A stretch of 64,000 bases of DNA. Source: Flavobacteriales bacterium. GTDB lineage: Bacteria; Bacteroidota; Bacteroidia; UBA10329. The notes below the pieces were generated by a model. It searched no databases. It was not told the origin of the DNA and saw nothing but the letters and a program-made list of their open reading frames with translations. Positions 49,427 to 60,844 of the stretch are shown here, one piece after another. The translations under genes were made by a program, and so were the position numbers. Numbering within the stretch: position 1 is the first letter of the stretch; the number at the start of each line of letters is the position of its first letter. The stretch is taken from the NCBI GenBank assembly GCA_021741155.1, contig JAIOYP010000002.1, positions 43,551 to 107,550 on the forward strand, given 5' to 3'.

Positions 49427-50821
49427 ATGTCAGATTTCAGAATAGAAAAAGATACCATGGGCGAGGTGCAAGTACCTGCCGATAAATATTGGGGCGCACA
49501 GACCGAGCGTTCACGCAACAATTTCAAGATTGGACCAGAGGCCAGTATGCCTTTGGAAGTGATTTATGGTTTTGCTTACCTAAAGAAGGCAGCGGCTCAT
49601 ACAAACTGCGAATTGGGCGTTCTATCGGAAGAAAAACGCGATTTGATTTCGGCTGTTTGTGATGAGATTTTGGCTGGAAAACACGATGACCAATTCCCTT
49701 TGGTTATTTGGCAAACAGGTTCGGGAACGCAGAGTAACATGAATGCCAACGAGGTAATTGCCAATCGTGCACACGTTCTCAGTGGTGGAAAATTAGGAGA
49801 TAAAGAAACCGTTCTTAAAGCGAATGATGATGTAAACAAAAGCCAATCATCAAATGACACGTATCCAACAGGAATGCACATTGCCTGCTACAAATTAATT
49901 GCAGAGAACACGATTCCTGGAGTTGAAACGCTTCGCGATACGTTGAAAGCAAAATCAGTAGCATTCAAAGATGTGGTGAAGATTGGACGAACGCATTTAA
50001 TGGATGCAACTCCACTAACCATCGGTCAGGAATTTAGCGGATACGTTTCGCAATTAGATCACGGTTTAAGAGCATTGAGAAACACATTGGCGCATCTTTC
50101 TGAACTTGCACTTGGCGGAACTGCTGTTGGAACGGGAATTAACACACCTCCAGGATATTCCGTACATGTTGCAGGGAAAATCGCTGAATTCACTGGGTTA
50201 CCATTTATTACTGCTGAGAACAAATTTGAAGCTTTGGCAGCACACGATGCATTAGTTGAAACTCACGGAGCTTTGAAACAGCTTGCGGTTTCACTGAACA
50301 AAATTGCCAACGATATTCGAATGATGGCTTCTGGTCCACGCTCAGGAATTGGTGAGCTAATTATTCCAGCAAACGAGCCAGGTTCTTCTATCATGCCAGG
50401 AAAAGTAAATCCAACGCAATGCGAAGCCCTGACAATGGTTTGTGCACAGGTAATGGGAAATGATACAGCTGTTACAATTGCTGGAACACAAGGTCATTAC
50501 GAACTCAACGTTTTCAAACCTGTAATGGCTTATAATGTGCTTCAATCAGCACGCTTGTTGGGAGATGCTTGTGTTTCGTTCGATGAGCATTGTGCGCAGG
50601 GAATTGAGCCGAATCATCCTAGAATTTTGGAATTGGTAAACAACAGCCTTATGTTGGTTACTGCTTTGAATACGAAAATTGGATACTACAAATCGGCTGA
50701 AATAGCTGGAAAAGCACACGAAGAAGGAACAACATTGAAAGCTGCTGCGCTTTCGCTGGGCTATGTCACTTCGGAAGAATATGATGAGTGGGTTGACCCG
50801 AAGAAGATGATTGGGAGCTAA
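49427..50821 (+). CDS. fumC: fumarate hydratase, class II
   Basis: The [16 protein letters not shown] signature and full-length colinearity are present. Confidence 0.9.
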   Translation: MSDFRIEKDTMGEVQVPADKYWGAQTERSRNNFKIGPEASMPLEVIYGFAYLKKAAAHTNCELGVLSEEKRDLISAVCDEILAGKHDDQFPLVIWQTGSGTQSNMNANEVIANRAHVLSGGKLGDKETVLKANDDVNKSQSSNDTYPTGMHIACYKLIAENTIPGVETLRDTLKAKSVAFKDVVKIGRTHLMDATPLTIGQEFSGYVSQLDHGLRALRNTLAHLSELALGGTAVGTGINTPPGYSVHVAGKIAEFTGLPFITAENKFEALAAHDALVETHGALKQLAVSLNKIANDIRMMASGPRSGIGELIIPANEPGSSIMPGKVNPTQCEALTMVCAQVMGNDTAVTIAGTQGHYELNVFKPVMAYNVLQSARLLGDACVSFDEHCAQGIEPNHPRILELVNNSLMLVTALNTKIGYYKSAEIAGKAHEEGTTLKAAALSLGYVTSEEYDEWVDPKKMIGS

Positions 50822-50830
50822 GATTGAATA

Positions 50831-50869
50831 GAGCCGTCAACTTTTAAAAAGCTGACGGCTCTTCTTTCT
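50831..50869. terminator. bidirectional terminator hairpin between fumC and the Fic gene
   Basis: The hairpin is gagccgtcaactttt-aaaaa-gctgacggctc, followed by ttctttctt. Its stem sequence (ccgtcaactttt) also occurs in a hairpin at 4266-4290. Confidence 0.55.
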
Positions 50870-51880
50870 TCATACATCCCTTTTTCGCTGCCGATTGGCC
50901 ATGTATTCTACAATGGCATCTTCGGTAGTGAGCCAATTGCGGCCGTCCTTGTAGGCGTCTATTTTACCTTGCCGTGCCAGCAAACTCACGTATTCCTGAC
51001 CATAAGGAAGCTGACTTTCTTCTACAATATTTGAAATCGGTTTGTACTCATTCCCGTCAGGGTGCATGCTCAAGTAAATATCCAAGGAACGCTCTACAGC
51101 CTGCATCATTAAAAGCAAAAGCTTGGCATGAGAACCATTGCTGGCCCTATCCTTATTTAGCGCATCATAGTATTTCTTCCTGTCATTTTTTAAGATGATA
51201 GCTGGAGGATAACCCTTCCGCATAAGCAAAAGGTTCATTGCCAAACGCACCGTACGCCCGTTTCCATCAAAAAAGGGATGGATCCAAACAAACCGATGAT
51301 GAAAAATCGTGGCTAGAACAATGGGCGAAAGCCCCTGCTCATTCTCATTCACGAAATGGATTAACTCATCAATCATATCAGAAACCTTCTGAGCATTAGG
51401 TGGAGAAAAATTTGCACCTGTAATACGAACACCAGCATTTCGAAACCTTCCAGCATAAAACTTCTCCAATTTCAGCATTACCAATTCGTGAAGATCTAAT
51501 ACTTCCGTTGTACGCAACGGAGCATCTGAACCTACCAGCCCTTCTAAGTAGGAAATAGCATCGTGGTGGTTTGCCACTTCAAAATGCTCGCGCATCGATT
51601 TGCCCTTCACCGTCATACCATCTTGCAGTACCACGCGGGTTTCGTTAAGCGTAAGCGTATTGCCCTCAATACTGGTAGAATTATAAGTCCATTCAAGATT
51701 AAGCCCTTCGCGAAGCCGCTCCAAAGCAACTTGTGCCATGGGTCTTTTAGTATCTAACAGGAGTTTTTTCTGTTCAATACGATCAATCCCAACTTGCAGG
51801 TCTTTAATATCGGATAGGTCTATTTTCCACATAACCCCACAAATATATGAATTATCGTTTAGTTTAATTATTGCCTTCAT
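50870..51880 (-). CDS. Fic/DOC-family protein
   Basis: It carries the Fic motif HPFFDGNGRTVRLAMN. Confidence 0.8.
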   Translation of the reverse strand: MKAIIKLNDNSYICGVMWKIDLSDIKDLQVGIDRIEQKKLLLDTKRPMAQVALERLREGLNLEWTYNSTSIEGNTLTLNETRVVLQDGMTVKGKSMREHFEVANHHDAISYLEGLVGSDAPLRTTEVLDLHELVMLKLEKFYAGRFRNAGVRITGANFSPPNAQKVSDMIDELIHFVNENEQGLSPIVLATIFHHRFVWIHPFFDGNGRTVRLAMNLLLMRKGYPPAIILKNDRKKYYDALNKDRASNGSHAKLLLLMMQAVERSLDIYLSMHPDGNEYKPISNIVEESQLPYGQEYVSLLARQGKIDAYKDGRNWLTTEDAIVEYMANRQRKRDV

Positions 51881-51954
51881 CCGATATTAATGGATTGAAA
51901 ATAGAAAAAGGAAGTGTTATACTTCCTCTATTCTAGTTATCTGCCTTAACCGTA

Positions 51955-53046
51955 CTATACGAACTTCTCGCCTTTTGTTGCCTTTACATCATTCACAATC
52001 CTCTTAATCTGCTGCTCATCAGATTGCTTGCAAATCAGGAGAATATCATCGCTTTCTACAACAATCATATCCTTCATTCCTTGAATAACTACAAGCTTAT
52101 TCTTCGGAACATTGACGATACAATTCTTTGAATCATAAGTAAGAACGTTTTTTCCTTGGATAACGTGACCTTCTTCATCTTTTTCAGAATAAGAATACAA
52201 CGAACCCCACGTGCCTAGGTCGCTCCAGCCGATGTCAGCCGCAAGCGTGAAGACGTTCTTAGCCTTTTCCATCACACCGTAATCAATAGAAACACTCTTG
52301 CATTGCATGTAAGCTGTTTCAATAAACTTACGTTCGTTTGGAGTATTGAATTCAGCAGCGCCTTCTTCAAACAACTGAAACATTTCGGACATATGCCTTT
52401 CAAATGCCGCCATAATTCCCTTAACAGACCAGATGAAAATTCCAGCATTCCAAAGAAATTCTCCGCTTTTCACCAACTGTTTGGCCATAGCGAGGTCTGG
52501 TTTCTCCGTGAAGCTTTTCACTTTATGAACTCCACCATCACCCGCAGCTTCCTCAAACTGAATATAGCCGTAGCCAGTATCAGGCCGTGTTGGCGAAATA
52601 CCGAGAGTTATTAGCGAATCACTTTTCTCAACTTCTGCAAGGGCCTTATTTATAAGGTTAACATATTCAGAATCTTTCAGAATCAAATGATCTGAAGGAG
52701 CCACCACCATGCTCGCCTCAGGGTTAATGGCTTTAATCCTAAAAGCAGCATAGGCAATACAAGGAGCAGTGTTTCTTCTTCCAGGTTCTAGAAGAATCTG
52801 TGAAGGCTTGATTCCTTCGAGTTGCTCCATCACCAACGACTTGTAATCAGTGTTGGTGACAATGAAAATATTCTTTACCGGACAGACTTCTTTAGAGCGT
52901 TCATAGGTTTGCTGTAAAAGCGATTTACCTGTTCCTAGAATGTCTATAAATTGTTTTGGATGTGATGTTCGGCTCATGGGCCAAAATCGGGAACCGACTC
53001 CGCCTGCCATAATCACTACATAGTGATTTGGGTTTTTCTTGCTCAT
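51955..53046 (-). CDS. mannose-1-phosphate guanylyltransferase
   Basis: It has an N-terminal VIMAGGVGSRFWPMSR nucleotidyltransferase motif and is 363 aa, so it lacks a PMI domain. Confidence 0.75.
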   Translation of the reverse strand: MSKKNPNHYVVIMAGGVGSRFWPMSRTSHPKQFIDILGTGKSLLQQTYERSKEVCPVKNIFIVTNTDYKSLVMEQLEGIKPSQILLEPGRRNTAPCIAYAAFRIKAINPEASMVVAPSDHLILKDSEYVNLINKALAEVEKSDSLITLGISPTRPDTGYGYIQFEEAAGDGGVHKVKSFTEKPDLAMAKQLVKSGEFLWNAGIFIWSVKGIMAAFERHMSEMFQLFEEGAAEFNTPNERKFIETAYMQCKSVSIDYGVMEKAKNVFTLAADIGWSDLGTWGSLYSYSEKDEEGHVIQGKNVLTYDSKNCIVNVPKNKLVVIQGMKDMIVVESDDILLICKQSDEQQIKRIVNDVKATKGEKFV

Positions 53047-54326
53047 TTTTTGAATTGGCTTAACGCCTCCCTTAGATTTTCAATCACCGTTGAAATCTGC
53101 TCAACTTTCAAAGTTCCTACAGAAATTCTAAACCACGGACTTTGCCTTGATGCTCCAAAGCAATAGAAAGGAACGACTCCGACTTTTGCTTTTTTGATGA
53201 GAAACGTGGTCACATCAGACGCGTCATTTAGGAACTCTCCTTCCGATGTTGTTTCTCCAATCAGGTCTATTTTCACTGTCAAATACATTGCCCCTTCTGA
53301 TTGAATGGCATCCACAGGATAACCCACTTCGCGAAGTGCAGAAAATCCATTGTAAAGCTTATTTACGCGTTCCGAAATCATATCGCGATGCTTTTGAATG
53401 GTTGCTTTAACTGCTTCGGGCTGATTCAAAAACGCAGCGGTTGCAATCTGTTCAGGTTTTGGCGCCCAAGCACCAACATGACTGAGCAACGCCCTCATTT
53501 TGGCAATCACTTTGGTTGGGCCAAATGCCCACCCAACACGAACTCCAGTGGCGGCAAAAGCTTTTGAAATTCCATCAACATAAATGGTGTATTCACGCAT
53601 TTCTGGACACAATGAAACTGGGTCATAATGTTTAGTATGGCCCAGAATCAACTCAGAATAAATCTGATCATAAAGCACGTAAAGCGGTTTTTGCCCAATT
53701 CGTCTGCGATTTTCAGCAACAACCAAATCGCAAATTTCTGTCAAGGCTTTTTCAGTGTAAGAAGTACCTGTAGGATTCAGTGGCGAGCATAATGCAACAA
53801 GCGCTGCATCTTGCAAATGTGGTCTGAGATCATCAGCCGTAGGAAGGAATTTATTTTCTGGCAATGTTTCAATGACAACAGGCTCAGCAAAACTGAGGTA
53901 CGTATAGTGGTTATTATTCCAGCTCGGAATCGGAAATATCACTTTATCTCCACTATTCACCAATGCCCTAAAAATGGCATAAATCAATGGTCTGGCACCG
54001 CCAGAAATCAATATGTCTTCTTTCGAAAACTCCAATCCTTGACGGGCTTGTATGTATTTGCTTACCGCTACACGCAGCACCTCCACTCCATTTGCAGCTG
54101 GGTAATTGGTGTGGCCTTCTTCGTATGCCTGAATAATTTCATTCAGCAAACCTTTTGGCAACGGATATATTTTTGGGTCAAAATCACCGATGGTCAAATT
54201 GGTGATTGGTTCGCCAGCAGCAATCAACGCATTAATTTCTCCTGCAATCTTTATAATCTCGGAACCGACCAAATTTTCAGCGAGATCTGAAACCGTGATT
54301 ACTTCCTGTGTTATTGATTCTGACAT
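53043..54326 (-). CDS. PLP-dependent aminotransferase, class I/II
   Basis: The Lys-containing SKAFAATGVRVGW motif is present. It overlaps the guanylyltransferase gene by 4 nt. Confidence 0.7.
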   Translation of the reverse strand: MSESITQEVITVSDLAENLVGSEIIKIAGEINALIAAGEPITNLTIGDFDPKIYPLPKGLLNEIIQAYEEGHTNYPAANGVEVLRVAVSKYIQARQGLEFSKEDILISGGARPLIYAIFRALVNSGDKVIFPIPSWNNNHYTYLSFAEPVVIETLPENKFLPTADDLRPHLQDAALVALCSPLNPTGTSYTEKALTEICDLVVAENRRRIGQKPLYVLYDQIYSELILGHTKHYDPVSLCPEMREYTIYVDGISKAFAATGVRVGWAFGPTKVIAKMRALLSHVGAWAPKPEQIATAAFLNQPEAVKATIQKHRDMISERVNKLYNGFSALREVGYPVDAIQSEGAMYLTVKIDLIGETTSEGEFLNDASDVTTFLIKKAKVGVVPFYCFGASRQSPWFRISVGTLKVEQISTVIENLREALSQFKK

Positions 54327-54539
54327 AAACTGATTTTAATAGGGCATGCGAAGATAATTATTCTGATGCGCTAGCGTGTTTTAGACTGAATTCAGTACCT
54401 ATGTTGATCACAAATCTTATCCACAGCGAAATTCGGCTAGAACTTAGGCCGTAAGCTCTCAGATAAAACGCTCGACTGACTCCGCTCAGGAATTTTCATA
54501 TATCACTCCGCTATATTTGCGCACTCAAACTTTAGGTCT

Positions 54540-55706
54540 ATGGTCTCGTTCGACAATACCGAAATAGCGTTTTCCGATAGGTCGGATGCCGAATTGAATC
54601 GGGCTCAATTCCTATTCAAGATAGTTGGCAATCCAACATTGGTCAAATTGGGCCAGATTGCTTTGAACGTTGGCCTTTTTCTTCGTCTTCCTATCAAGAA
54701 AATTATTCGTTCCACGGTATTCAATCATTTCTGTGGGGGCGAGACGATTGAAATGTGCGAACCGACTATGGCACGACTTCATAAAAGGGGTGTCTATTCG
54801 CTTTTAGATTATTCGGCAGAAGGAAAGGAAACGGTTGCAGAGCTTGAGCAGTCAGCCTTAGAGATTCTAGCAGCAAATCAAGTAGGAAAACAAGATAGCC
54901 GCGTGCCATTCTCCGTATTTAAACCCACAGCTATCTTCCCAAACAGGCTCTTGGCCAAGAAAAATGCGAATGCAAAATTCAGCCAGAAAGAAGAAATTGA
55001 CTGGTCGGCCGCAAAACAGAGAATAAATTTGATTTGCGCATCCGCAGAAAAAAATAATATTCCAGTGCTGATTGATGCGGAGGAAACATGGTTTCAAGAT
55101 GCCATAGATGAGCTTGTTGAAGAACAGATGGCGCTTCGCAATAGCCAAAAAGTAATTGTTTACACAACGCTTCAGCTTTACAGGAAAGATCGTCTTGAGT
55201 TTCTGGCTGAAAGCCTAAAAAAGGCGAAGGAGAAAGGCTATCACCTAGGAGTTAAACTCGTTCGTGGAGCTTATATGGAAAAGGAAAGACTTAGAGCAGA
55301 AAAACAAGGATATCCAACTCCGATTCATGAGACGAAAGCCGACACAGATCGGGATTATGATTTGGCCGTTAAATTCTGCGTAGACAACTATCCCAACATT
55401 CATTTAGTTGCAGGAACTCACAACGAATTAAGTGCTGGCTACCTCACCAAACTCATTGCAGAAAGACAAATTGAACTGAACGACCAACACATCTTTTTCT
55501 CACAGCTTTACGGTATGAGCGACAATATCAGCTTCAACTTGGCAGTGAACGGTTACAATGTGGTGAAATATGTGCCATACGGACCCATTTTGGAAGTGAT
55601 GCCATATCTCATCAGAAGAGCAGAAGAAAACACTTCCGTTGCTGGCCAAACTGGACGCGAATTGTCTTTAATTTTCAAAGAAAAGGCACGAAGAAGAGCT
55701 TCGTAA
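54540..55706 (+). CDS. proline dehydrogenase (stand-alone PRODH)
   Basis: 388 aa, colinear with bacterial monofunctional proline dehydrogenases. Confidence 0.65.
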   Translation: MVSFDNTEIAFSDRSDAELNRAQFLFKIVGNPTLVKLGQIALNVGLFLRLPIKKIIRSTVFNHFCGGETIEMCEPTMARLHKRGVYSLLDYSAEGKETVAELEQSALEILAANQVGKQDSRVPFSVFKPTAIFPNRLLAKKNANAKFSQKEEIDWSAAKQRINLICASAEKNNIPVLIDAEETWFQDAIDELVEEQMALRNSQKVIVYTTLQLYRKDRLEFLAESLKKAKEKGYHLGVKLVRGAYMEKERLRAEKQGYPTPIHETKADTDRDYDLAVKFCVDNYPNIHLVAGTHNELSAGYLTKLIAERQIELNDQHIFFSQLYGMSDNISFNLAVNGYNVVKYVPYGPILEVMPYLIRRAEENTSVAGQTGRELSLIFKEKARRRAS

Positions 55707-55713
55707 GTCCTAT

Positions 55714-55748
55714 TGGTCGAAAACCTGAACTTTTGACCATTTTTTCCG
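55714..55748. terminator. hairpin plus T-run after the proline dehydrogenase gene
   Basis: The sequence is tggtcgaaaa-cctgaac-ttttgacca, followed by ttttttcc. Confidence 0.45.
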
Positions 55749-55780
55749 TACAATCATTATTCAGGCAACGCCTGTACTTA

Positions 55781-58465
55781 ATGAAAGAATCCACCCCGTC
55801 AAATCAAAGGTTTGAGTCTTTGGCACCAAATGCCGAAATGCGCTCGTTGCTGGAACATTCTAGCCGAAGCATCATTATTTTGGACGATTCGTATCGCATT
55901 ATGTGGTTCAATGCCAAGGCAGCGAGAGAAATGTATTCGTTTTTTAACGAAAACCTGAAAACGGGAAACTCCTACTGGGATTATGTTGATCAGAATCAGA
56001 ACAAGCGATTTATAAGAAATTTTCAGACCGCCCTCAAGGGAAGAACCATAAGCACCGAGCAAAAAATAATAAAGCCCAGAAGTAGCAAGGGCGAGATATG
56101 GATAGAAGGAAAATTCAGTCCGCTGTATGATGATAAAGGAAACCCTCACGGAGTAATTTATTCTTACGCCAACATTTCTGATAAGAAACGAGCAGAAGTA
56201 GAAGAGCGAGAAAAAGCATTGGTCTTACAGGCTATTGACAACAATAGCTCTCAGGGGTTCATGCTAATCAACCAAGAAAATGAGGTTCTGAGCTGTAATC
56301 TTCTTGCCCCAGCCATGCTGGCAATCATCGCAGATGAACAAGGTTTGCTTGGACACAACATTATTTCGAATATCCATCCAAAATGGAGGAAGGAGTTTGA
56401 AGGAGGAATGAAAATTGCCCGTTCTGGCGGAACTGTCTCCATTGAATTTGACAGTCCAACCATGGAAGAAAAGGTGGTGGAAGTACGGTTCATTCCACTG
56501 AAGCATAGCCTAGGCAAACAGAATATGGTTTCTGTTTGGTTCTTTGATATTACAGACAAGAAACGGGCAGAGCGAAACGTACGAAAGTCGGAAGCGAACC
56601 TCCGCGCGGTTTTCAACAGTAGTTCACAAACGTTCTATCTGATAGATAGAAAATTGAACATCCTCACCTTCAATCAAGCTGCATCGGACCTTGTAAATGA
56701 GCAATTCGGATTCAACCTTGAAGTGGGAATGAACATAGCCGAAATAACAGCCAAAGAAAATCTGCTTCAGTTTAAAGTAGAAACCCAACGCGCCTTTTCG
56801 GGAAGAAAGGTTCAGGTAGAGAAGCATTTTTCTTTTAACGGAAAAGAATATTGGTTTGACAGACATCTCAATCCAGTACTAAATTCGAAAGGAGAAATTG
56901 ATCGACTCACCATCTGGTCAATTGATATTACGGATCGAAAACTGGCAGAAAAGGCACTAAAGGAAAATGAATCAAAGTTCCGAAAACTCGCCTCTCTCCT
57001 GCCCGTTGGTATCTATCAGATGGATGATAAAGGGAATGCGACTTATGTAAATGAGAGTTTACAGCTAATAATAGGTGCAAATCTTACGACTATTTTGGAT
57101 GGATCTTGGACCAAACAAATTCATCCAGAAGATCATAATCAGGTAAGAGAAAAATGGAAAACCATTGAAAAGGAAAAAAAATCGTTCTCAATGGAATATC
57201 GTTTTAGGCGGCAGAATGGGGATTCGATTCACGTACTGGAACAAGCTCAGCCGCTCTTTAATCATTTGGGGGAGTACCGCGGTTACCTAGGAACAATCAT
57301 TGACATTTCGGAGCAGAAACGTTCTCAACAATTGCTTCAGCAAAAGCACGTGGCTGAAAATTCTTTGAAGTTCCGATCAGATTTTCTTGCAAGCATGAGT
57401 CATGAAATCCGCACACCTTTGAACGGCATTATGGGATTAAGTGAGATTTTGCTCGACACAAAACTCAGCGCAGATCAATCATCGAAGGTTCAGAACATTC
57501 TTGGCGCCAGCAAAGACCTACGTTCCATAGTAAATGACGTACTCAACCTGTCTGAGCTTGAAGCAGGTAAAGTGACTTTGCAAAAAGAATCGTTCAAAGT
57601 TTCTGAACTTATTGAAACCATTGCTGAACGTTTTGAGCCAGAGGCAAAGGCAAAAAAACTGACTTTATCTTTCAATACGCCTACTAACGAAATTCAACTC
57701 GACACTGACCGAAGGAGGCTAACGCAAGTACTTTCCAATTTGGTTCGGAACGCCATTAAATTCACAAACCAAGGGTCGGTTGTAGTTTCGGTGCAAGTAG
57801 AAAAAGACAGCAAACTGTTGTTTCAAGTAGCCGATACTGGACCCGGAATTCCAAAGAATGATTTGGCAAAATTGTTTCAGGACTTCTCCCAACTCCAGCA
57901 TACTACCGCCCAAAACTTGGAGGGAACTGGTCTAGGACTTTCTATTAGCAAAAAACTAATGTTCCTGCTGGGAGGAGAAATAGGCGTTAAAAGTGCGGTC
58001 AACAAAGGCAGCACATTCTGGTTGAGACTTTCGGTAATGGAAGGCATGATTCCGATTGAAAAAAGTGAAACCATCATCAAAAAAGATCCGAAACGGTCTG
58101 TTGAAGGAACAAGCGTTCTGTTGGTAGAAGACAACCTCATCAATCAGCAGGCTTTTAAGATTATGCTTCAGAAAATGGGCTGTAAAGTGGATGTATTATC
58201 GAACGGAAAACAGGCCGTTGATAATTTCGACAAAAGTGAATACGACATCGTTTTTATGGATATTCAAATGCCGATAATGGATGGATTGGAGGCTACATCT
58301 GAGATTAAAAAACGCTTTGAAAATGTACCTCCTATCATCGGTCTAAGCGGAAACATCCTTCAGCGAGATGAGGAAGGAAACTTGAAATCCGACATGAATG
58401 ATTTGCTACTGAAGCCGGTAGTCTCGCACGACATCGAGCGTATGATAAAGAAGTGGGTGGCGTAA
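55781..58465 (+). CDS. hybrid sensor histidine kinase / response regulator with multiple PAS domains
   Basis: It has the H-box SHEIRTPLNGIMG, an HATPase region (DTGPGIP ... GTGLGLSISK) and a C-terminal receiver domain (VLLVEDNLINQ ... DIVFMDIQMPIMDG). Confidence 0.85.
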   Translation: MKESTPSNQRFESLAPNAEMRSLLEHSSRSIIILDDSYRIMWFNAKAAREMYSFFNENLKTGNSYWDYVDQNQNKRFIRNFQTALKGRTISTEQKIIKPRSSKGEIWIEGKFSPLYDDKGNPHGVIYSYANISDKKRAEVEEREKALVLQAIDNNSSQGFMLINQENEVLSCNLLAPAMLAIIADEQGLLGHNIISNIHPKWRKEFEGGMKIARSGGTVSIEFDSPTMEEKVVEVRFIPLKHSLGKQNMVSVWFFDITDKKRAERNVRKSEANLRAVFNSSSQTFYLIDRKLNILTFNQAASDLVNEQFGFNLEVGMNIAEITAKENLLQFKVETQRAFSGRKVQVEKHFSFNGKEYWFDRHLNPVLNSKGEIDRLTIWSIDITDRKLAEKALKENESKFRKLASLLPVGIYQMDDKGNATYVNESLQLIIGANLTTILDGSWTKQIHPEDHNQVREKWKTIEKEKKSFSMEYRFRRQNGDSIHVLEQAQPLFNHLGEYRGYLGTIIDISEQKRSQQLLQQKHVAENSLKFRSDFLASMSHEIRTPLNGIMGLSEILLDTKLSADQSSKVQNILGASKDLRSIVNDVLNLSELEAGKVTLQKESFKVSELIETIAERFEPEAKAKKLTLSFNTPTNEIQLDTDRRRLTQVLSNLVRNAIKFTNQGSVVVSVQVEKDSKLLFQVADTGPGIPKNDLAKLFQDFSQLQHTTAQNLEGTGLGLSISKKLMFLLGGEIGVKSAVNKGSTFWLRLSVMEGMIPIEKSETIIKKDPKRSVEGTSVLLVEDNLINQQAFKIMLQKMGCKVDVLSNGKQAVDNFDKSEYDIVFMDIQMPIMDGLEATSEIKKRFENVPPIIGLSGNILQRDEEGNLKSDMNDLLLKPVVSHDIERMIKKWVA

Positions 58466-58590
58466 TCTGACCACATATAAGAAGGATTGGAAGAGCTAAA
58501 CCTTTAAATCATGTCTCAATTTCTTACCCTCAACAATACCTGAGGGCCCACGAGGTTTAAGTGTTTAGAAACCCACTAAACCTCCTCGTT

Positions 58591-60705
58591 ATGAAAAAGC
58601 TCCTTGTCATTTTGCTTGTGCTTTCGCAGTATGCTTTCGCACAGGATTCGGTTGAGTTGACTATCCATTTTGAAGATGGAAGTGATGTTCCATCTATGCC
58701 CGAAATGGCTATGTTGGATGAGATTGCCCAGCATCCCAATTCAGGTCAACTCAGATTTTGGGTGGTTGGACACACAGACGATAAAGGTTCGAAGAAGTTC
58801 AATGAAGAACTATCGAAGCAACGAACCCGCAAGGTTGCCTACCATTTGCTGCTCTCGGGCATAAAACCTTACAATATCCTGTTTGAACATCACGGAGAGG
58901 ATTGCCCAGTTAATGAGAACGAAGACGAAGCATCTCGTTCAGAGAACAGACGCGTGGAAGTGCTCATATCAAACATTGGAACGCTTGATGCGGCCGGTTT
59001 TGCAGGCCGCTACCGCCCAGAAATGTTCCATAAACCTTTGACTGAAATCGTTGCCGACAAGGAAGTTTTCGTTATCGAAAATCAGGAATCGAACTGCATC
59101 GAAACCGCAAGCGGCACCACCATCGATGTGCCTCCCATGGCGTTTATGGATGCTTACGGAAGACCGATTGGTGGTGTCGTTGAATTGACGTATGAGGAGA
59201 TGAACAGCCCTTTCAGCATTTTCCTGAGCGGCATCAACATGAAGGACGATGAGTGCCAGTCCAGCTCGCACCTCGAAACATCGGGCATGTTTAGCATCAA
59301 CGCTACACATAGAGGCAAACCGGTTGAGATTAGACATGACCGACCAATAAAAGTTGACCTTGCCTCAAACAGCATGGATTCCGATTTCAACTTTTTGTTC
59401 ATGAATCCATCAACCGAAACTTGGAACAATTTGGGATTGGCGGCCATCAATCAGCACGATGCCGAGCTTATTTCCATTGCCGAAAACCTGTCTCCAGCCG
59501 TGCGGGAATATCTTACTAAAGCTGATTACCTCTCGCCTTCGGCTGCTAGTAGAACCACGTTGGAAGCACGTTTTGAGAACACCGAATATTTGGCCAACCG
59601 ACCCATTGCCAGCTACTACCGTTTTTTACGCGATGGCGATGAAAACGAGCGCAATCAGTTTGAGAAGGAATGGAAGAAGGCGGCATCATTCCAAGCAAAA
59701 GTTCTGCCTCCAAACAAGAACAATAGTGAAGAAATTGTGCACTTCACCGTTCAGAAACACTCGCAATTCGGGCAACATCCAGAGTACTTCTTATTCAATT
59801 TTCATACATGGGAATATGCGGGCGACCTGAGCCGCGCCAAGGTGGAAGCCTTGCTTCAGAATAGGCGTTTTCACGACATCCGCGTGCGCTACAATGACGC
59901 AAAGGATTCTGTTTCTATTGAGTTGAAAGACCTTGACGGCATCGTGAAACTTCCGGTAAAGAAGATTACCATCGAAAACATGAGTGCCGAGTTGCAGAAG
60001 CGCATGTTCGGAGAATTTGCTCCTAGATTCCAAGCTTGGAGAGAACTCAAAGACAACCACGGGTTTGAGAACCGCTATGCGATTTACGCAGACATTTTGG
60101 AAGATCAGGAAAACCTCATCCGCAGAAAGGCCGATAAGTTTGACAGGCATTCACAGCACGTCTATCAAAAAGAATTAGACGTGGCCTGGAAACAGGCGCA
60201 ACGAACCATGACCGAGCCAGAGAAAATGATGAGCCAAGCCAACTGGGTTTCTTACTGCAACGGTATTTCTGTCAAGTTGGAGGAATACTATGCGCGGCAG
60301 AATGGCGGAAACACCATTACCCGAACCATTGCGCTAGACAGAATGGGCATTTATAACTGCGCTCGGCCCGTTAATCAAAGCCAATTCCAAAGTGTGAAAC
60401 CACGGTTTGTGCTTTCAAACGGCAAGGCCATCAACTGGAAAACCTGCTACGTGTTTGACGAAAAAGTCAATTCCGTGATTTCCTACACTAGCTCCGAACT
60501 GGACGACATTGCTCTTAATCCAAGTTCAGTGAAGATGATGATGGTGACCGATGCAGATGGCAACATCTACCAGCTCAACGAAAGCGAAGTGGTGGCTATG
60601 AACATGGGAAAGGTGGCGCAGCGCATTATGCACATCACCGCGTTCGATAGTTCCATTCGTTCGTTGGATGATATGCGGGAAATGTTGGGGATGGCGGAGG
60701 AATAG
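58591..60705 (+). CDS. OmpA-domain protein with a long C-terminal region of unknown function
   Basis: It has a signal peptide. The OmpA-like motif near the N-terminus is FWVVGHTDDKGSKKFNEELSKQRTRKVAYHL ... NRRVEVLI. The remaining ~550 aa are unassigned. Confidence 0.6.
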   Translation: MKKLLVILLVLSQYAFAQDSVELTIHFEDGSDVPSMPEMAMLDEIAQHPNSGQLRFWVVGHTDDKGSKKFNEELSKQRTRKVAYHLLLSGIKPYNILFEHHGEDCPVNENEDEASRSENRRVEVLISNIGTLDAAGFAGRYRPEMFHKPLTEIVADKEVFVIENQESNCIETASGTTIDVPPMAFMDAYGRPIGGVVELTYEEMNSPFSIFLSGINMKDDECQSSSHLETSGMFSINATHRGKPVEIRHDRPIKVDLASNSMDSDFNFLFMNPSTETWNNLGLAAINQHDAELISIAENLSPAVREYLTKADYLSPSAASRTTLEARFENTEYLANRPIASYYRFLRDGDENERNQFEKEWKKAASFQAKVLPPNKNNSEEIVHFTVQKHSQFGQHPEYFLFNFHTWEYAGDLSRAKVEALLQNRRFHDIRVRYNDAKDSVSIELKDLDGIVKLPVKKITIENMSAELQKRMFGEFAPRFQAWRELKDNHGFENRYAIYADILEDQENLIRRKADKFDRHSQHVYQKELDVAWKQAQRTMTEPEKMMSQANWVSYCNGISVKLEEYYARQNGGNTITRTIALDRMGIYNCARPVNQSQFQSVKPRFVLSNGKAINWKTCYVFDEKVNSVISYTSSELDDIALNPSSVKMMMVTDADGNIYQLNESEVVAMNMGKVAQRIMHITAFDSSIRSLDDMREMLGMAEE

Positions 60706-60844
60706 CATCCGTCATTGCGAACGGAGTGAAGCAATCTGGTGCTTACCATGAGAGATTATCTCGTTCCTCGATGTGTTCCCTTCGGTCGGCTGCCACGCTT
60801 CCCGTCAGTACGGGACAGGCTGTGCTCGCTCGTAATAACGTTTT